Source: Hemiscyllium ocellatum
Lineage: Eukaryota
Direction: 5' to 3'
NCBI RefSeq assembly: GCF_020745735.1
Contig: NC_083444.1
Coordinates: 806,001 to 870,000, forward strand
Length of the DNA: 64,000 nt
Both the position numbers and the translations under genes were made by a program. This document shows, in pieces, positions 37,222 to 50,239 of the stretch (positions within the stretch are counted from its first letter, which is position 1; each line of letters opens with the position of its first letter). The notes beneath the pieces are model-generated. The model made no database searches. It was given only the letters and a program-made list of their open reading frames with translations, and was not told the origin of the DNA.

Positions 37222-39600
37222 CTTAGAGCATAGAACAGCCCAGCACAGTCCAGGCCCTTCGGCCCTCGATGTTGTGCTGACCTTCTATCCTACTCTAAGA
37301 TCAGACTAACCCCCATCCCCTACATTGTACTGTCCACCATGGGCCTATCCAAGAGTCACTGAAATGTCCCTAATGTCTCTGACTCCCCCCACTGGAAGTG
37401 CATCCCACACACACCCCACTCTCTGGGTAAGGAACCTCCCTCCGATATCTCCCCTAAACCTTCCTCCAATCACCTTCAAATGATGCCCCTCGTGATAGCC
37501 ATTTCCACCCTGGGGAAAAGTCTCTGGCTACCCACTCGATCGATGCCTCTCATTATCCTGTACGCCTCTACCAAGTCACTGCTTATCATCGTGGGCGGCA
37601 CGGTGGCACAGTGGTTAACAGTGCCCGGGTTCAATTCCCGCCTCAGGCGACTGACTGTGTGGAGTTTGCACATTCTCCCCGTGTCTGCGTGGGTTTCCTC
37701 CGGGTGCTCCGGTTTTCTCCCACAGTCCAAAGATGTGCGGGTCAGGGTGGATTGGCCATGCTAAATTGCCCGTAGTGTTAGGTAAGGGGTAAATGTAGGG
37801 GTATGGGTGGGTTGCGCTGCGGTGGGTCAGTGTGGACTTGTTGGGCCGAAGGGCCTGTTTCCACACTGTAAGTAATCTAATCTAATTATTCACTCCAATG
37901 AGAAACCTTTAGCTCCCTCAACCATTCTCCATAAGACATGCCCTCCAGTCCAGGCAGTATCCCGGGAAATCTCCTCTGCACCCTCTCTAAAGCTTCCACA
38001 TCCTTCCTATAATGAGGTGACCAGAACTGAACCCAATATTCCCAGGGTGGTCTCACCAGGGCTCTATAGAGCTGCAGCATAACCTCGCGGCTCTTCAACC
38101 CAATCCCTCTGCTCATGAAACCTTCTTAACAACCCTATCAACCTGGGGGGCAACTTTGAGGGATCTACGGACATGGAGCCCAAGATCCCTCTGTTCCTCC
38201 ACACTGCCAAGAATCCTGCCTCTAACCCTGCAATCTGCATTCAAATCCCACCTTCCAAAGGGAATCACTTCTCACTTTCCCAGGTTGAACTCCATCTGCC
38301 ACGTCTCAGCCCAGCTCTGCGTCCTGTCAATGTCCCGTTACAACTTACAACAGCCCTCCGCACGATCCACAACTCCACCAACCTTCGTGTCATCAGCAAA
38401 CTTACTAACCCCCCCCTTCCACTTCCTCATCCAAGTCATTTATAAACATCACAAAGAGCAGAGATCCCAGAACCAATCCCTGCGGAACACGACTGGTCAC
38501 CGAGATCCAGACTGAATACTTCCCATTTACCACCAGCTCCTGTCTTCTCTGGGCCAGTCAATCCTGTATCCAGACAGGCAGGTTTCCCTGTATCCCAGGT
38601 CTCCTTACTTTCTGACTGAGCCTATCGTGAGGAACCTTATTACACACCTTGCTAACTCCGTGTACACTACACCAAAGCTCTACCTTCATCAATGTGCTTT
38701 GTCACATCCTCAAAGATCTCAATAAGGTTTGTGAGGCATGACCTGCCCCTCACAAAGCCGTGCTGGCTATCTCTAATCAAACCATGGTTTTCCAAATAAC
38801 CATAAATCCTGTCTCGCGGAATCCTCTCCAGTTCTTTACCCACTTCAGACATAAGACTGACTGGCCTCTCATTCCCAGGGTTATCCCTATTCCCTTTCTT
38901 GAACAAGGGAATAACATTTTCCACCCTCCCATCATCTGGCACTACTCCAGTGGACAGTGAGGACACAGAGATCATCACCAAAGGTGCAGCAATCCTCTTC
39001 CCTCACTTTCTGTAGTAACCTCGGGTATATCCCGTCTGGCCCAGGGGGTTTATCTCTCCTTAGCATTTTCAGAATTCTCAGCACATCCTCCTTCCTAACG
39101 ACAACCTGTTCGAGTACATCAGCCTGTCTCACCCTGTCCTCACAAACGTCAAGGTCCCTCTCAGTGGTGAATACTGAAGCAAAGTATTCATTCAGGACCT
39201 CCCCTACCTGCTCCGACCCCAGGGGCAAGTCCCCTCCACCATCGCTGATCGGCCCGACCCTCACTCGGGCCATCCTCTTGTTCCTCCCGAGTATAGAACA
39301 CCTGGGGGGGGCGGTTTGATAAATCCTACCCACCAAGGCTTCCTCATGCCCCCTCCTGGCTCTCCTCAGTCCATCCTTCAGTTCCTCCCTGGTCACCTTG
39401 TAACCCTCTCGAGCCCTGTCTGATCCTTGCCTCCTCAACCTTATGTAAAGTTCCTTCTTCCTCCTGACTAGATGTGCCACATCTCTGGTCACCCAAGGTT
39501 CCTTCACCCTCCCGCCCCTCCCGCCCCTCCCTCGCCTCAGTGGGACAAACCTATCCAGCACTCGCAGCAAGTGCTTCCTGAACACCCTCCACATTTCTGT
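37222..39600 (-). mobile_element. Defective CR1 LINE, copy B (near-identical inverted copy of 15497-17437)
   Basis: Same ORF fragments and frameshifts as copy A. Confidence 0.95.
37590..37886 (+). mobile_element. HE1-type SINE inserted into CR1 copy B
   Basis: ggcacggtggcacagtggtta...ggttcaattcc head; (aatct)n tail. Confidence 0.9.
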
Positions 39601-41241
39601 CCTCTCTAGAATAAAACACAGGCCGGGGATCCGTCTAGAACACTACACAGGGTGGGATCAATCTAGAACTGTGCAGAGTTAGGATCAATCTAGAATTAAG
39701 CACATGGTGGGGTTTGATCTAGAACAATGCACATGGTAGGGATCAATCTAGAACAGCGCACAGATCGAAGATTGATCTAGAACAGGGTGCAGGGTGGGGA
39801 TCGGTCTAGAACAGAGCACAGGGTGGGATATGGAACAGAGTACATGACAAGAATTGAATTCAAGCACAGCACAATGAGAGGATCAGTTTAGAACATATCA
39901 TGTGGAAAAACTGAATCAGGCAGAAAATGAATTCAGAACAGGACATAGGAGGCATTTGATCTAGAATAAAGCACTGATGCAGATCAGAACAAAGGAGAGA
40001 ATGGATTCAGAGAGAATTGAATCAAAACAAGATATGGTAAAGGCTAGATTGGGAATAGGGTAGAAGACAGGATTGATCCAGAATAGTACAGAGGAGGGCA
40101 TGATCCAGAACTGGACATAGGTGGGAATGCATTTAGAACAGAGTGCAGGAGAGAATCAATCTATAACAGACTGTAGCATAGAACTGTTCTAGAACAGAGC
40201 ACAAGAGAGAATGTAACCAGAATTGAAATGAGGATAGAATTGATCCAGAACTGAATGCAGGTAAAGACTGATCTAGAACCAAACACAATACTGAGTACAT
40301 GTTGAGACATTTGTGGAGATGAACTTTGCGAGATGCTGAGAAGGAAGTAGATTTGGAGAGTTACAAACGAGGGACAGTTCACGTCTGATCAAGAGTTTGC
40401 TCAGGTCTCTCCCAGTGAAGCACAGACAATACCATTCCCATTGGTACAGCAACAACTGCCTGTAACTGGGCCTGACAGGAAGGGGGAAGGGGCATGTCTT
40501 CAGGGTGTTTGCTATGCCTGGGAAACTGGCCAGACTGAGAGAGAAATCTACAAAAGCAGAAAGAGAAAGACTTGCATTTAGATAGCGCCCTTTTGTAACC
40601 TCGGAGCATCCAAAGTGTTTCACCACCAACAGGATGCATCTGATGTGCACCTACTGATCACAGCAAGCTCCCACAGAGAGTACAATGGCCCACCAATCTG
40701 TTTGAGTGCTGTGGGTTTAGACTGCACTGGGATCTTCTGCCGCTGGCCACCCAGGGTCAGACCATACCTGGATCACCCAGAACACACCCATCAAACACCC
40801 ACAGGCAGACACTGCAGTGGCGGAGCAGATGGAGGGCTGGAGGCTCCAGACAGAGTGGGGGGAAGGCTGGGATGGCCTGTACCCACCTACCTCTGGTCAC
40901 TCAGACTAGCCCCTTACCCAGGAGGCTATGACGGACCAGGATCCCTCGGGGGATGGGGTAATGTAACATGGCGCGTGTTAGACGGAGGGTCACAGACAGG
41001 CAGCAGAGCGAGTGTAGAGTCAATCGGGAATGTGTCAGACAACAGACAAAATGGATATCCAGGGTGTACGGCTGTAAACAGCCAGATGTAAGCAGAGGGG
41101 ACGGAGGGGACAGCACATTCTGATCTAACGATGAAGCTTCATCATAACAGGGTCTTACAAGGCCGGGAGGTTCGTGGTAATTTGTGCTGATTGTTTAGAG
41201 GGAGGTGGGGCATCGTCTCCATGTACTATCAGGATACTCAC

Positions 41242-41361
41242 TAACTCGGGAGGGATGGACAGGATGGACAACGGACCCACTCGATCCTTTCGGATGGTGG
41301 ACACTGCGCCAAATTCACACTGTCCACTCAAACGTGCGAAAGCAGTTCGCCTCCTCTTCAC
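41242..41361 (-). CDS. FBXO24: FBXO24 coding exon 2 (VKRRRTAF...PLSILSIPPEL)
   Basis: Long pyrimidine tract then tag acceptor, gtgagt donor, 120 nt; F-box start resembles human PISIQLFPPEL. Confidence 0.9.
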
Positions 41362-41552
41362 CTACACATGGGAGGGAGGGGGCGAGAGAGAGAGGGAGGG
41401 AGGGATAGAGAGGCGGGCGAGAGAGAGAGAGAGGGGGAGAGAGAGGAAGAGGGAGGGAGTGAGAAAGAGAGGGAGGGGGGAGAGGGAGGAGGGAGAGAGG
41501 GGGGAGAGAGGGAGGGAGAAGGGGAGAGAGAGGGGGGGAGAGATGGAGGGAA

Positions 41553-42005
41553 NNNNNNNNNNNNNNNNNNNNNNNNNNNNNNNNNNNNNNNNNNNNNNNN
41601 NNNNNNNNNNNNNNNNNNNNNNNNNNNNNNNNNNNNNNNNNNNNNNNNNNNNNNNNNNNNNNNNNNNNNNNNNNNNNNNNNNNNNNNNNNNNNNNNNNNN
41701 NNNNNNNNNNNNNNNNNNNNNNNNNNNNNNNNNNNNNNNNNNNNNNNNNNNNNNNNNNNNNNNNNNNNNNNNNNNNNNNNNNNNNNNNNNNNNNNNNNNN
41801 NNNNNNNNNNNNNNNNNNNNNNNNNNNNNNNNNNNNNNNNNNNNNNNNNNNNNNNNNNNNNNNNNNNNNNNNNNNNNNNNNNNNNNNNNNNNNNNNNNNN
41901 NNNNNNNNNNNNNNNNNNNNNNNNNNNNNNNNNNNNNNNNNNNNNNNNNNNNNNNNNNNNNNNNNNNNNNNNNNNNNNNNNNNNNNNNNNNNNNNNNNNN
42001 NNNNN
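41553..42005. other. Assembly gap
   Basis: N run. Confidence 1.
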
Positions 42006-42665
42006 GCAAGACAGGTAGCATTCACTCCCCGTGGGTCAATGTCATCACAGCCCCCAACACTGACCCTCCCCACCCATCTCATCCCTAGTCCCCAGCCCTG
42101 TGTATTCCATGCCCAGCGATGAACCCAGGGTGGAGTATGTGCTAGCACAGCTGTAGAAGGGTTTGGTTTGGAATGTGCTGTGTGTTGTGTCATCAGACGC
42201 CATTCCAGCGCCCCCCCCCCCCCCCCCCCAACCCCCGATGGTCTTGGTGGGTGGGAGCAACACTGACCAGAACAGGGGGACACTGCATCTGCTCCCTACA
42301 CCGCACCGAGCAAACAGAGGGCCCGGGAACCCAGAACACTCTCCGAATTCTAGATGACGTGAGGCCAGCAGAGGGGAGGTGCAGCAGATCAGATGGGCTG
42401 AATTCCCTTTCCCGCCTGTACCTTTCCACATGGAGCCTCAGGACATGTCTCCCTGGAATGGACAACTCCTGATGAGGCAGTGCCCAGAGTCTACCAGCCG
42501 GGAACAAGCACAGGGATCTCAGATCGACACGGAACCCTTGCTAACTCTACCTTCTCCAGTCCAACCCCCTGAGCCCCTCATCCTCCTTGGGGGGGTGGGG
42601 GGGGTGGGGTGGGGGAATGGATAAACCCATCAGAAGAGAGGGCCGTTGCTGTGCTGAATACTTAC

Positions 42666-42737
42666 ACTGGGAGGCCTCTCATTTCTATTTAACAGAAAAT
42701 ATTTCTGCAGTTTCCGTCTCCCTGCTTTGCTGGTCAT
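42666..42737 (-). CDS. FBXO24: Putative FBXO24 coding exon 1 (MTSKAGRRKLQKYFLLNRNERPPS)
   Basis: gtcATGa start, strong gtaagt donor, 72 nt, phase 0 compatible with exon 2; little recognisable homology. Confidence 0.65.
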
Positions 42738-42744
42738 GACGTTC

Positions 42745-43101
42745 ACTCTCTCACTCTCTGTCTGTGTCGCTCTCTCTCTCTCTCTCTCTCTGTCTGTGTC
42801 GCTCTCTCTCACTCTCTGTCTGTGTTGCTCTCTCTCCCTCTCTCTGTCTGTCTGTGTCGCTCTCTCTCTGTCTCTCTGTCTGTGTCGCTCTCTCTCTCTC
42901 TCTCTCTCTGTCTGTGTCGCTCTCTCTCACTCTCTGTCTGTGTTGCTCTCTCTCCCTCTCTCTGTCTGTCTGTGTCGCTCTCTCTCTGTCTCTCTGTCTG
43001 TGTCGCTCTCTCTCACTCTCACTCTCTGTCTGTGTCGCTCTCTCTCTGTCTCTCTGTCTGTGTCTCTCACTCTCACTCACTCACTCTCAGTCTCTCCCTC
43101 T
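42745..43101 (+). repeat. CT-rich simple repeat next to gap 43102-43377
   Basis: ctctgtctgtgtcgctct units. Confidence 0.9.
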
Positions 43102-43882
43102 NNNNNNNNNNNNNNNNNNNNNNNNNNNNNNNNNNNNNNNNNNNNNNNNNNNNNNNNNNNNNNNNNNNNNNNNNNNNNNNNNNNNNNNNNNNNNNNNNNN
43201 NNNNNNNNNNNNNNNNNNNNNNNNNNNNNNNNNNNNNNNNNNNNNNNNNNNNNNNNNNNNNNNNNNNNNNNNNNNNNNNNNNNNNNNNNNNNNNNNNNNN
43301 NNNNNNNNNNNNNNNNNNNNNNNNNNNNNNNNNNNNNNNNNNNNNNNNNNNNNNNNNNNNNNNNNNNNNNNNNNNNNAGTTGTCCAAGCTGCACTGGCTA
43401 AAGGCTGATTGTGATCTGTGGTTTTCCCCGAGGTAACCACACACATGTCATGATTTGAGCTGTTTGTGGTGTAAACTGTTGGCAGATCTCTCCCCTGCCC
43501 CCCACACCCCCCCTCCCCCATAATCTCCCCCACCCCCCTCCCTCCACACCCCCGCTGCCCCCACCCCCCCAGAGCTCAGGTCACCTTGGGTCGTCACCCC
43601 GGAGCTGATTGTGACTTCACAGTCGGAATTTCCACATGGCCCACTCGGGGCGTGTGGGGGACAACGTGGGTATGGGACGGTGAGGGTCCGACGGCAGACA
43701 TTAGCAGAGGGACTCAAGGGGGTCTCAGGGAAATAAACATCGAGGTCATGAAGGGTCTCAGGAGAATGTTTAGACTGGTTCAGGGTGGGGGGGATGCAGT
43801 GGAGGGTCCAGGAGTGAGCAGAACCCAGAGTCGGCTGTATGGGACAACCTGTGATAAATCCCCAAAAGAACTCAGGGTTCAA

Positions 43883-44557
43883 TGTGTGCTCGCGTGCGTG
43901 TGTGTGCATGTGTGTGTTTGTGTGTGTGTGTGCGTGTGTACGCGTGCATGTGTATGTTTGTGCACGTGAGTGTTTGTGCAGTTATGTGCGTATGCACATT
44001 TACGCTCATGTGCGTGGATGTGTGTGTGTATGTGCTTGTGTGTCTGTGCGCTCGTGTGTGTGTGTGTGTGTGCATGTGCTTGTGTGTGTGCATGTGAATG
44101 TGTGAATGTGTGTGCATGTGTGTACTTGTGCGCGAGTGTTTGTGCAGTTATGTGCATGTGCACGTGTGCGGTCATGTGTGTGGATGTGTGTGTGTTTGTG
44201 TGTGTGTGTGTATGTATGTGTATGTGAATGTGTGAATGTATGTGTGCATGTGTGTGCGTGCATGTGTGTATTTGTGCGCTAGTGTTTGTGCAGTTATGTG
44301 CGTGTGCACGTGTGCGCGCTCATGTGCGTGGATGTGTGTGTGTGCGCGCGCATGTGCTTGTGTGTGTGCATGTGAAGGTGTGTGTGCATGTGTATGTGTG
44401 CATGTCTGTATTTGTGCGCATGAGTCTTTGTGCAGTTATGTGCGTGTGCACGTATGTGCTCGTGTGTGGATGTGTGTGTGCGCTCGTGTGTGTGTGTGCA
44501 CGCGTGTGCTTGTGTGTATGTATGTGAATGTATGAATGTGTGTGTGCATGTGTATGC
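43883..44557 (+). repeat. Degenerate (GT)n/(RY)n microsatellite
   Basis: Alternating purine-pyrimidine tract. Confidence 0.9.
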
Positions 44558-44629
44558 GGAGAGGAAGGACAGCATTTTATTGTTAACACATTTACAGGAT
44601 GGGGTTAATCACTGACCAGGATATCATTT

Positions 44630-44858
44630 CTTGCCCCATGCCTAATTGCCCAGGGGGCAGTTAAGAGTTAACCCCATTGCTGTGGGGTCTGGAGTCACGT
44701 GTAGGCCCAGACCAGGTAAGGATGGCAGTTTCCTTCCCTGAGGGACATCAGTGACCCAGATGGGGGTTTCCAACAGTTGACAATGGATTCACAGTCATTG
44801 TTGGACTAATTTTCTTTAATTGCATCTGCCTGGCAGGATTCAAACACGGGTCCCCAAA
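44630..44858 (-). mobile_element. Degenerate SINE-like repeat; a probably related head lies at 49535-49710 (+)
   Basis: B-box-like motif; family unnamed. Confidence 0.55.
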
Positions 44859-44861
44859 ACA

Positions 44862-44970
44862 TCCTGAGGAAGGGTCACTGCACTGGAAACATTAACTCTG
44901 ATCCCTGTCCAAAGTTGCTGCCAGACCTGCTGAGTTTTTCTCGCAGCTTCCTGTTCCCAGTATCTGCAGG
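44862..44970 (+). mobile_element. Degenerate Penelope-type remnant with hammerhead-like core
   Basis: CTGAGGA-agggtc...GAAAC followed by gctgccagacctgctgagttt, similar to the flank at 18266-18358. Confidence 0.5.
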
Positions 44971-46091
44971 GCTCGACGTTTTGTTCTGCCCAGGATATTC
45001 CCTGGGTTGGTAGGACAACAGTCCAGTGATAATACCACATCAGATACTCTAATACAACAGTAAGCCATCGGCTCCCCCCTCCCTGGGATATTGGGGAGGG
45101 AGGGGCAGGGGGTGTTTGCATTGCAAACGGAGTCAGGTTTCGGGAGGAAGAGAATGGGGATGCTGGGGAGGGGGGAGGGGGCTGCGGATACAAACTCAGC
45201 TCCTGGTGGATTGAGGAGGGTATGATTGGAACAGAGCAGTGTAGTGTGGGGTGAGAGGAGGTGGCAGGGTGAGGACTGTTCCAAGGAGAATTCTTCAGCA
45301 ATTGATCTCCTTTCACCACGGACTCTGCTGCAGCCAGTTCAGGAGGGTCTGTCCCCCCCCCCCAAACAAACTCTTACATCAGAGTAAATTCAGACCCTCA
45401 CTTTGAAATATTACAGCACACAAATCCAATATCACCCAAGGTCATCATCTCAGTCCCTGTGTCCATATCCTCATCGAAGTGAAGATGGGTTCCACCTCTA
45501 ACCCTGGCCAAAGCTGCTCCTGTTGCAGCTGATCCGCTAGGGAAACCCTCACCCTGACCACTGTTCACTTCAGACTCGGCCAGATCAATGTCCTCTCGAT
45601 GGAGCTCCCAGACACAGTCACTGCTATCGGCGGCTCAGACAGACCGTCATAGGCAGGACCAACACCACCACCCCCACCCCCACCCCCACCCCCATCTGAC
45701 ACACCCCTGGACCAACACCACAACCTCCCCCCACCCCCACCTCACACCCCCATCTCACACACCCCCGGACCAACACCTCCACCCCCATCTCACACACCCC
45801 CGGACCAACACCTCCACCCCCATCTCACACACCCCCGGACCAACACCCCCACCTCACCCTAACTCACCCCACCCCCACCTCACACCCCCATCTCACACAC
45901 CCCCGGACCAACACCCACACCCACACCTCACCTCCCCCCCACCTCACACCCCCATCTCACACACCCCTGGACCAACACCACAACCTCCCCCCACCCCCAC
46001 CCCCACCTCACACCCCCCTCTCACACACTCCCGGACCAACACCCCCACATCACCCCACCCCCACCTCACACCCCCACATCACCCCACCCCC

Positions 46092-46301
46092 ATTAGATTA
46101 GATTACTTATAGTGTGGAAACCTGCACATTCCCCTGACCCGCACATCTTTGTGACTGTGGGAGGAAACCGGAGCACCCGGAGGAAACCCACGCAGACACG
46201 GGGAGAACGTGCAAACTCCACACAGACAGTCGCCTGAGGCGGGAATTGAACCCGGGTCCCTGGCGCTGTGAGGCAGCAGTGCTAACCACTGTGCCACCGT
46301 G
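46092..46301 (-). mobile_element. HE1-type SINE, internally deleted, within a C-rich repeat (45655-46500)
   Basis: Head and (aatct)n tail both present. Confidence 0.9.
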
Positions 46302-46494
46302 TCGCCCATCTCACACCCCCCCGGACCTACACCCCCACCTCACCACACCCCCACCTCACCCCACCCCTATCTCACATCCCCCTTGGACCAACACACCCAC
46401 CTCACCCCACTCCATCTTACATCCCCCCATTCCCTACACCCTAACCCCCACCCCCCATCTCAACCCCACCCCCCCACCACCCATTTCCACCATC

Positions 46495-49400
46495 ACCCCC
46501 TACAAGCTGACATCATCATCCGAGGAAAAAGACTCTCCCTGTCTCCCCTATCTAACCCTCTGACCATCTTGGATGTCTCTATCAAATCCCCCCTTCGCCT
46601 CCTCCTTTCCAATGAGAACAGACCCAAGTCTCTCAGCCTTTCCTCAGAAGAGCTTCCCTCCAGCCCAGGCAACATCCTGGGAAATCTCCTCTGCACCTTT
46701 TCCAATGCTTCCACATCCTTCCCGAATTATGGGGACCAGAACTGGACACAATATTCCAAGTGTGGCCGCACTAGCGTTTTGTGTAGTTGCAGCATGATAT
46801 TGGGGCTCCGGAACTCACTCCCTCTCCCTATGAAACCTAACACACCGTGTGCCTTCTTAACAGCACTGTCCACCTGGGCAGCAACTCTTAGGGATCTATG
46901 TACATGGATCCCAAGATCCCTCTGCACATCCACACTACCAAGAATCTTTCCATTGACCCAGTATTCTACCTTCCTATTATTCTTCTCAAAGTGCATCACC
47001 TCACATTTAGCTGCATTGAACTCCATCTGCCACCTCTCAGCCCAATTCTGCAGTTTATCCAAGTCCCCCTGCAACCTGTAACATTCTCCCACACTGCCCA
47101 CTACTCCACCGACTTTAGCGTCGTCTGCAAATTTACTAATCCATCCACCTATGCCTGCGTCTCGGTCATTTATAAAAATGACAAACAGCAGTGGTCCCAA
47201 AACAGATCCTTGTGGCACACCACTAGTAACCGGACTCCAGGCTGAATATTTTCCATCAACCACCACTCGCTGCCTTCTGTCAGAAAGCCAGTTTCTAATC
47301 CAAACTGCTAAATCACCCTCAATCCCACACCTCTGCATTTTCTCCAACAGCCTGCCATGTGGAACCTTATCAAAGGCTTTACTGAAGTCCATGTACACCA
47401 CATCAACGGCCCTACCCTCATCTACATACTTGGTCACCTTCTCAAAAAACTCAACGAGGTTTGTGAGACACGACCTGAATGAAACCATGTTGACTATCTG
47501 AAATCAAATTGTTGCTTGCTAGATGATTATAAATCTTATCTCTTATAATCCTTTCCAAAACCTTCCCTACAACAGAAGTAAGGCTCACTGGTCTATAATT
47601 CCCTGGGTCATCTCTACTGCCCTTCTTGAACAAGGGCACAACATTTACAATCCTCCAGTCCTCTGGTACTAAACCTGTAGACAATGACGTCTCAAATATC
47701 AAAACCAAAGGCTCAGCTATCTCCTCCCTAGCTTCCCAGAGAACCCTCGGATAAATCCCATCTGGCCCAGGGGTCTTGTCTACTTTTACTCCTTCTAGAC
47801 TTGATAACATCTCTTTGTAACTAACCTCGATCCTTTCTAGTCTAATATCTCATACCTCATTCTTCTCCTCTACAATACTCTCCTTTTCCTGAGTGAAAAC
47901 CGATGAGAAATGTTCATTTAGCACCTCTCCGATCTCCACAGGATCCACACTCAACTCCCATTTCTGTCTTTGACTGGCCCTATTCCTACCCCAATCACCC
48001 TTTTATTCCTCACATACCTATAGAAAGCTTTAGGGTTCTCCTTTATTCCATTTGCTAAAGACTGCTCGTGCCCTCTCTTTGCTCTGCTTAACTCTCTCTT
48101 TAAATCCTTCCTAGCTGATCTGTAACTCTCCATCTGTACCATCTTGCCTCATCAACACATAAGCCTCCTTCTCCTGCTAAACGAGAGATGCAATTTCTGT
48201 AGTAAACCATGGTTCCCTTGCCTTATCACTTCCTCCCTGCCTGACAGGGACATACCTATCAAGGACACACAATATCTGTTCCTTAAACCACATTTCCATT
48301 GTCCCCATCCCCTGCATTTTGCTATCCCATTCTATGCATCCTAATTCCTGCCTAATCGCATTATAATTGCCCTTCCCCCATCGATAACTCTTGACCTGTG
48401 GCATGTACCTATCCTTTCCATCGCTAAACTAAACGTAACTGAATTATGGTCACTCTCTCCAAAGTGCTCACCTACAACTAAACCAAACACCTGGCCTGGT
48501 TCATTACCAAGCACCAGACCCAGTGTGGCCTTAACCTCTTGTCAGCCCTTCGACATACTGTGTCAGGAATCCCTCCTGTGCACATTGGACAAAAACTGAT
48601 CCATCCAACGTACTAGAGTTATTACATTTCCAGTCAGTGTTGGGGAAGTTAAAGTCCCCCATAATGACCACCCTGTTCCTTTCACTCCTACCCAGAATAA
48701 TGTTGCTAATCCTCTCTTCCACCTCCCTGGAACTCTGCGGAGAACTGTAAAAAGCTCCAAGCAGTGTGACCTCTCCTCTCCTGTTTCTAACCTCAGCCCA
48801 CATTACCTCAGTAGACGAGTCCTCATCAAAAATTCTCTCAGCCACTGTTATACTATCTTTGACTAACAAGGCCACACCTCCCCCTCTTTTACCACCTTGC
48901 ATGTTCTTAATGAAAGATCTCAACCTAGAACCTGCAACATCCATTCCTCACCCTGCCCTATCCATGTCTCCGAAATGGCCACAACATCGAAGTCCCAGGT
49001 ACCTAGCCGTGCTGCAAGCTATCCTCCTTATTTCGGATACTTCTGGCGTTGAAGTAGACACACTTCAAACCAGCTTGCTGTCTGTCAGCACATTCCTGTG
49101 ACCCTGAAATCCTATTTCCCTACTCTCATCCCTCTGTGCACTGCAGCTATACCTCCAGTTCCCATCCCCCTGCTGAGCTAGTTTAACCCACCCGAATACC
49201 ACCAGCAAATTTCCCACCCAGGATATTAGTACCCCTCTGGTTCAGGTGAAGACCGTCCTGTTTGTACAGGTCCCACCTTCCCCAGAATGAGCCCCAATTA
49301 TCCAAGTACATGAAACCCTCCCTCCTGCACCATCCTTGCAGCCACATTTTAAGCTGATATCTCTCCCTATTCCTTGCCTCACTATCACGTGGCACAGGTA

Positions 49401-49525
49401 ACAAACCAGAGATAACAACTCTGTCTGTTCTAGTTCTCAGCCTCCACCCTAGTTCCATAAAATCCTGCCTTACATCCCTCTCCCTCTTCTTATCTATGTC
49501 GTTGGTACTTAGATGGACCACATCT
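46495..49525 (-). mobile_element. CR1 LINE: ORF1 SGNH-esterase C-terminus plus disrupted ORF2 (AP endonuclease and RT)
   Basis: TND...DGLHLN in ORF1; GGGVALLVK and MGDFN in EN; [10 protein letters not shown] and FADD in RT. Confidence 0.95.
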
Positions 49526-49711
49526 AAGGGGGCTAGGGGATGGCCTAATGGTATTATAGCTAGTCTATTAATTCAGATGACCCTGGGTTCAAGTCCCACC
49601 ATGGCAGATAGTGGAATTTGAATAATCATCTGGAAATAAGAATCTAAAGGTGACTGTGAAGCCAACTCTGATTGTCAGAGGAAAATCCCATCTGATTTAC
49701 TCACATTCTTA

Positions 49712-49917
49712 GGAGTTTGCACGTTCTCCCCGTGTCTGCGTGCTCTGGTTTCCTCCCACAGTCCAAAGATGTGCGGGTCAGGTGAATTGGCCATGCTAAA
49801 TTGCCCGTAGTGTTAGGTAAGGGGTAAATGTAGGGTTATGGGTGGGTTGCGCTTCGGCGGATCGGTGTGGACTTGTTGGGCCGAAGGGCCTGTTTCCACA
49901 CTGTAAGTAATCTAATC
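49712..49917 (+). mobile_element. 5'-truncated HE1-type SINE
   Basis: Body and tail match 37590-37886. Confidence 0.9.
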
Positions 49918-50239
49918 TTGAGGCTGGTCACTCTCTCCCTTCAGGACCCCAAAGACACGATCCAAGACATCACGGACCCTGGCATCTGGGAGGCAACACA
50001 GCAACTGTGGGTCTCGACAGATTCGTTCTGGTAACATCTTGAGGAGTTTCACTAGTTAACCCTGCTACATGAATGCAGTTGTTGTTGCACCCACCCATAA
50101 GCCAATGTCCCTACCCCACCCATTTGGGTCAATGTCCCTAGAATTTGAAGACCCCTGTCTGGTCTGCTCCTGGAGAGATAGGTGGTGTGGCCATTCCTAA
50201 TGACGCTGCCATTGATGGCCCTTGTGCCAGGAGGTACCA

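Larger units (their letters stand above)
35960..40290 (+). repeat. Old degenerate ~29-bp satellite (gatctagaacagagcacagg) in two blocks, 35960-37215 and 39605-40290, split by CR1 copy B
   Basis: Recurrent tctagaacagagcacagg core. Confidence 0.85.

Noticed and set aside
46240-46301. tRNA-like A/B boxes
   Set aside because: SINE heads, not tRNA genes
49183-49521. SGNH esterase-like ORF as a host gene
   Set aside because: Lies directly upstream of CR1 ORF2; esterase domains are a known feature of CR1 ORF1
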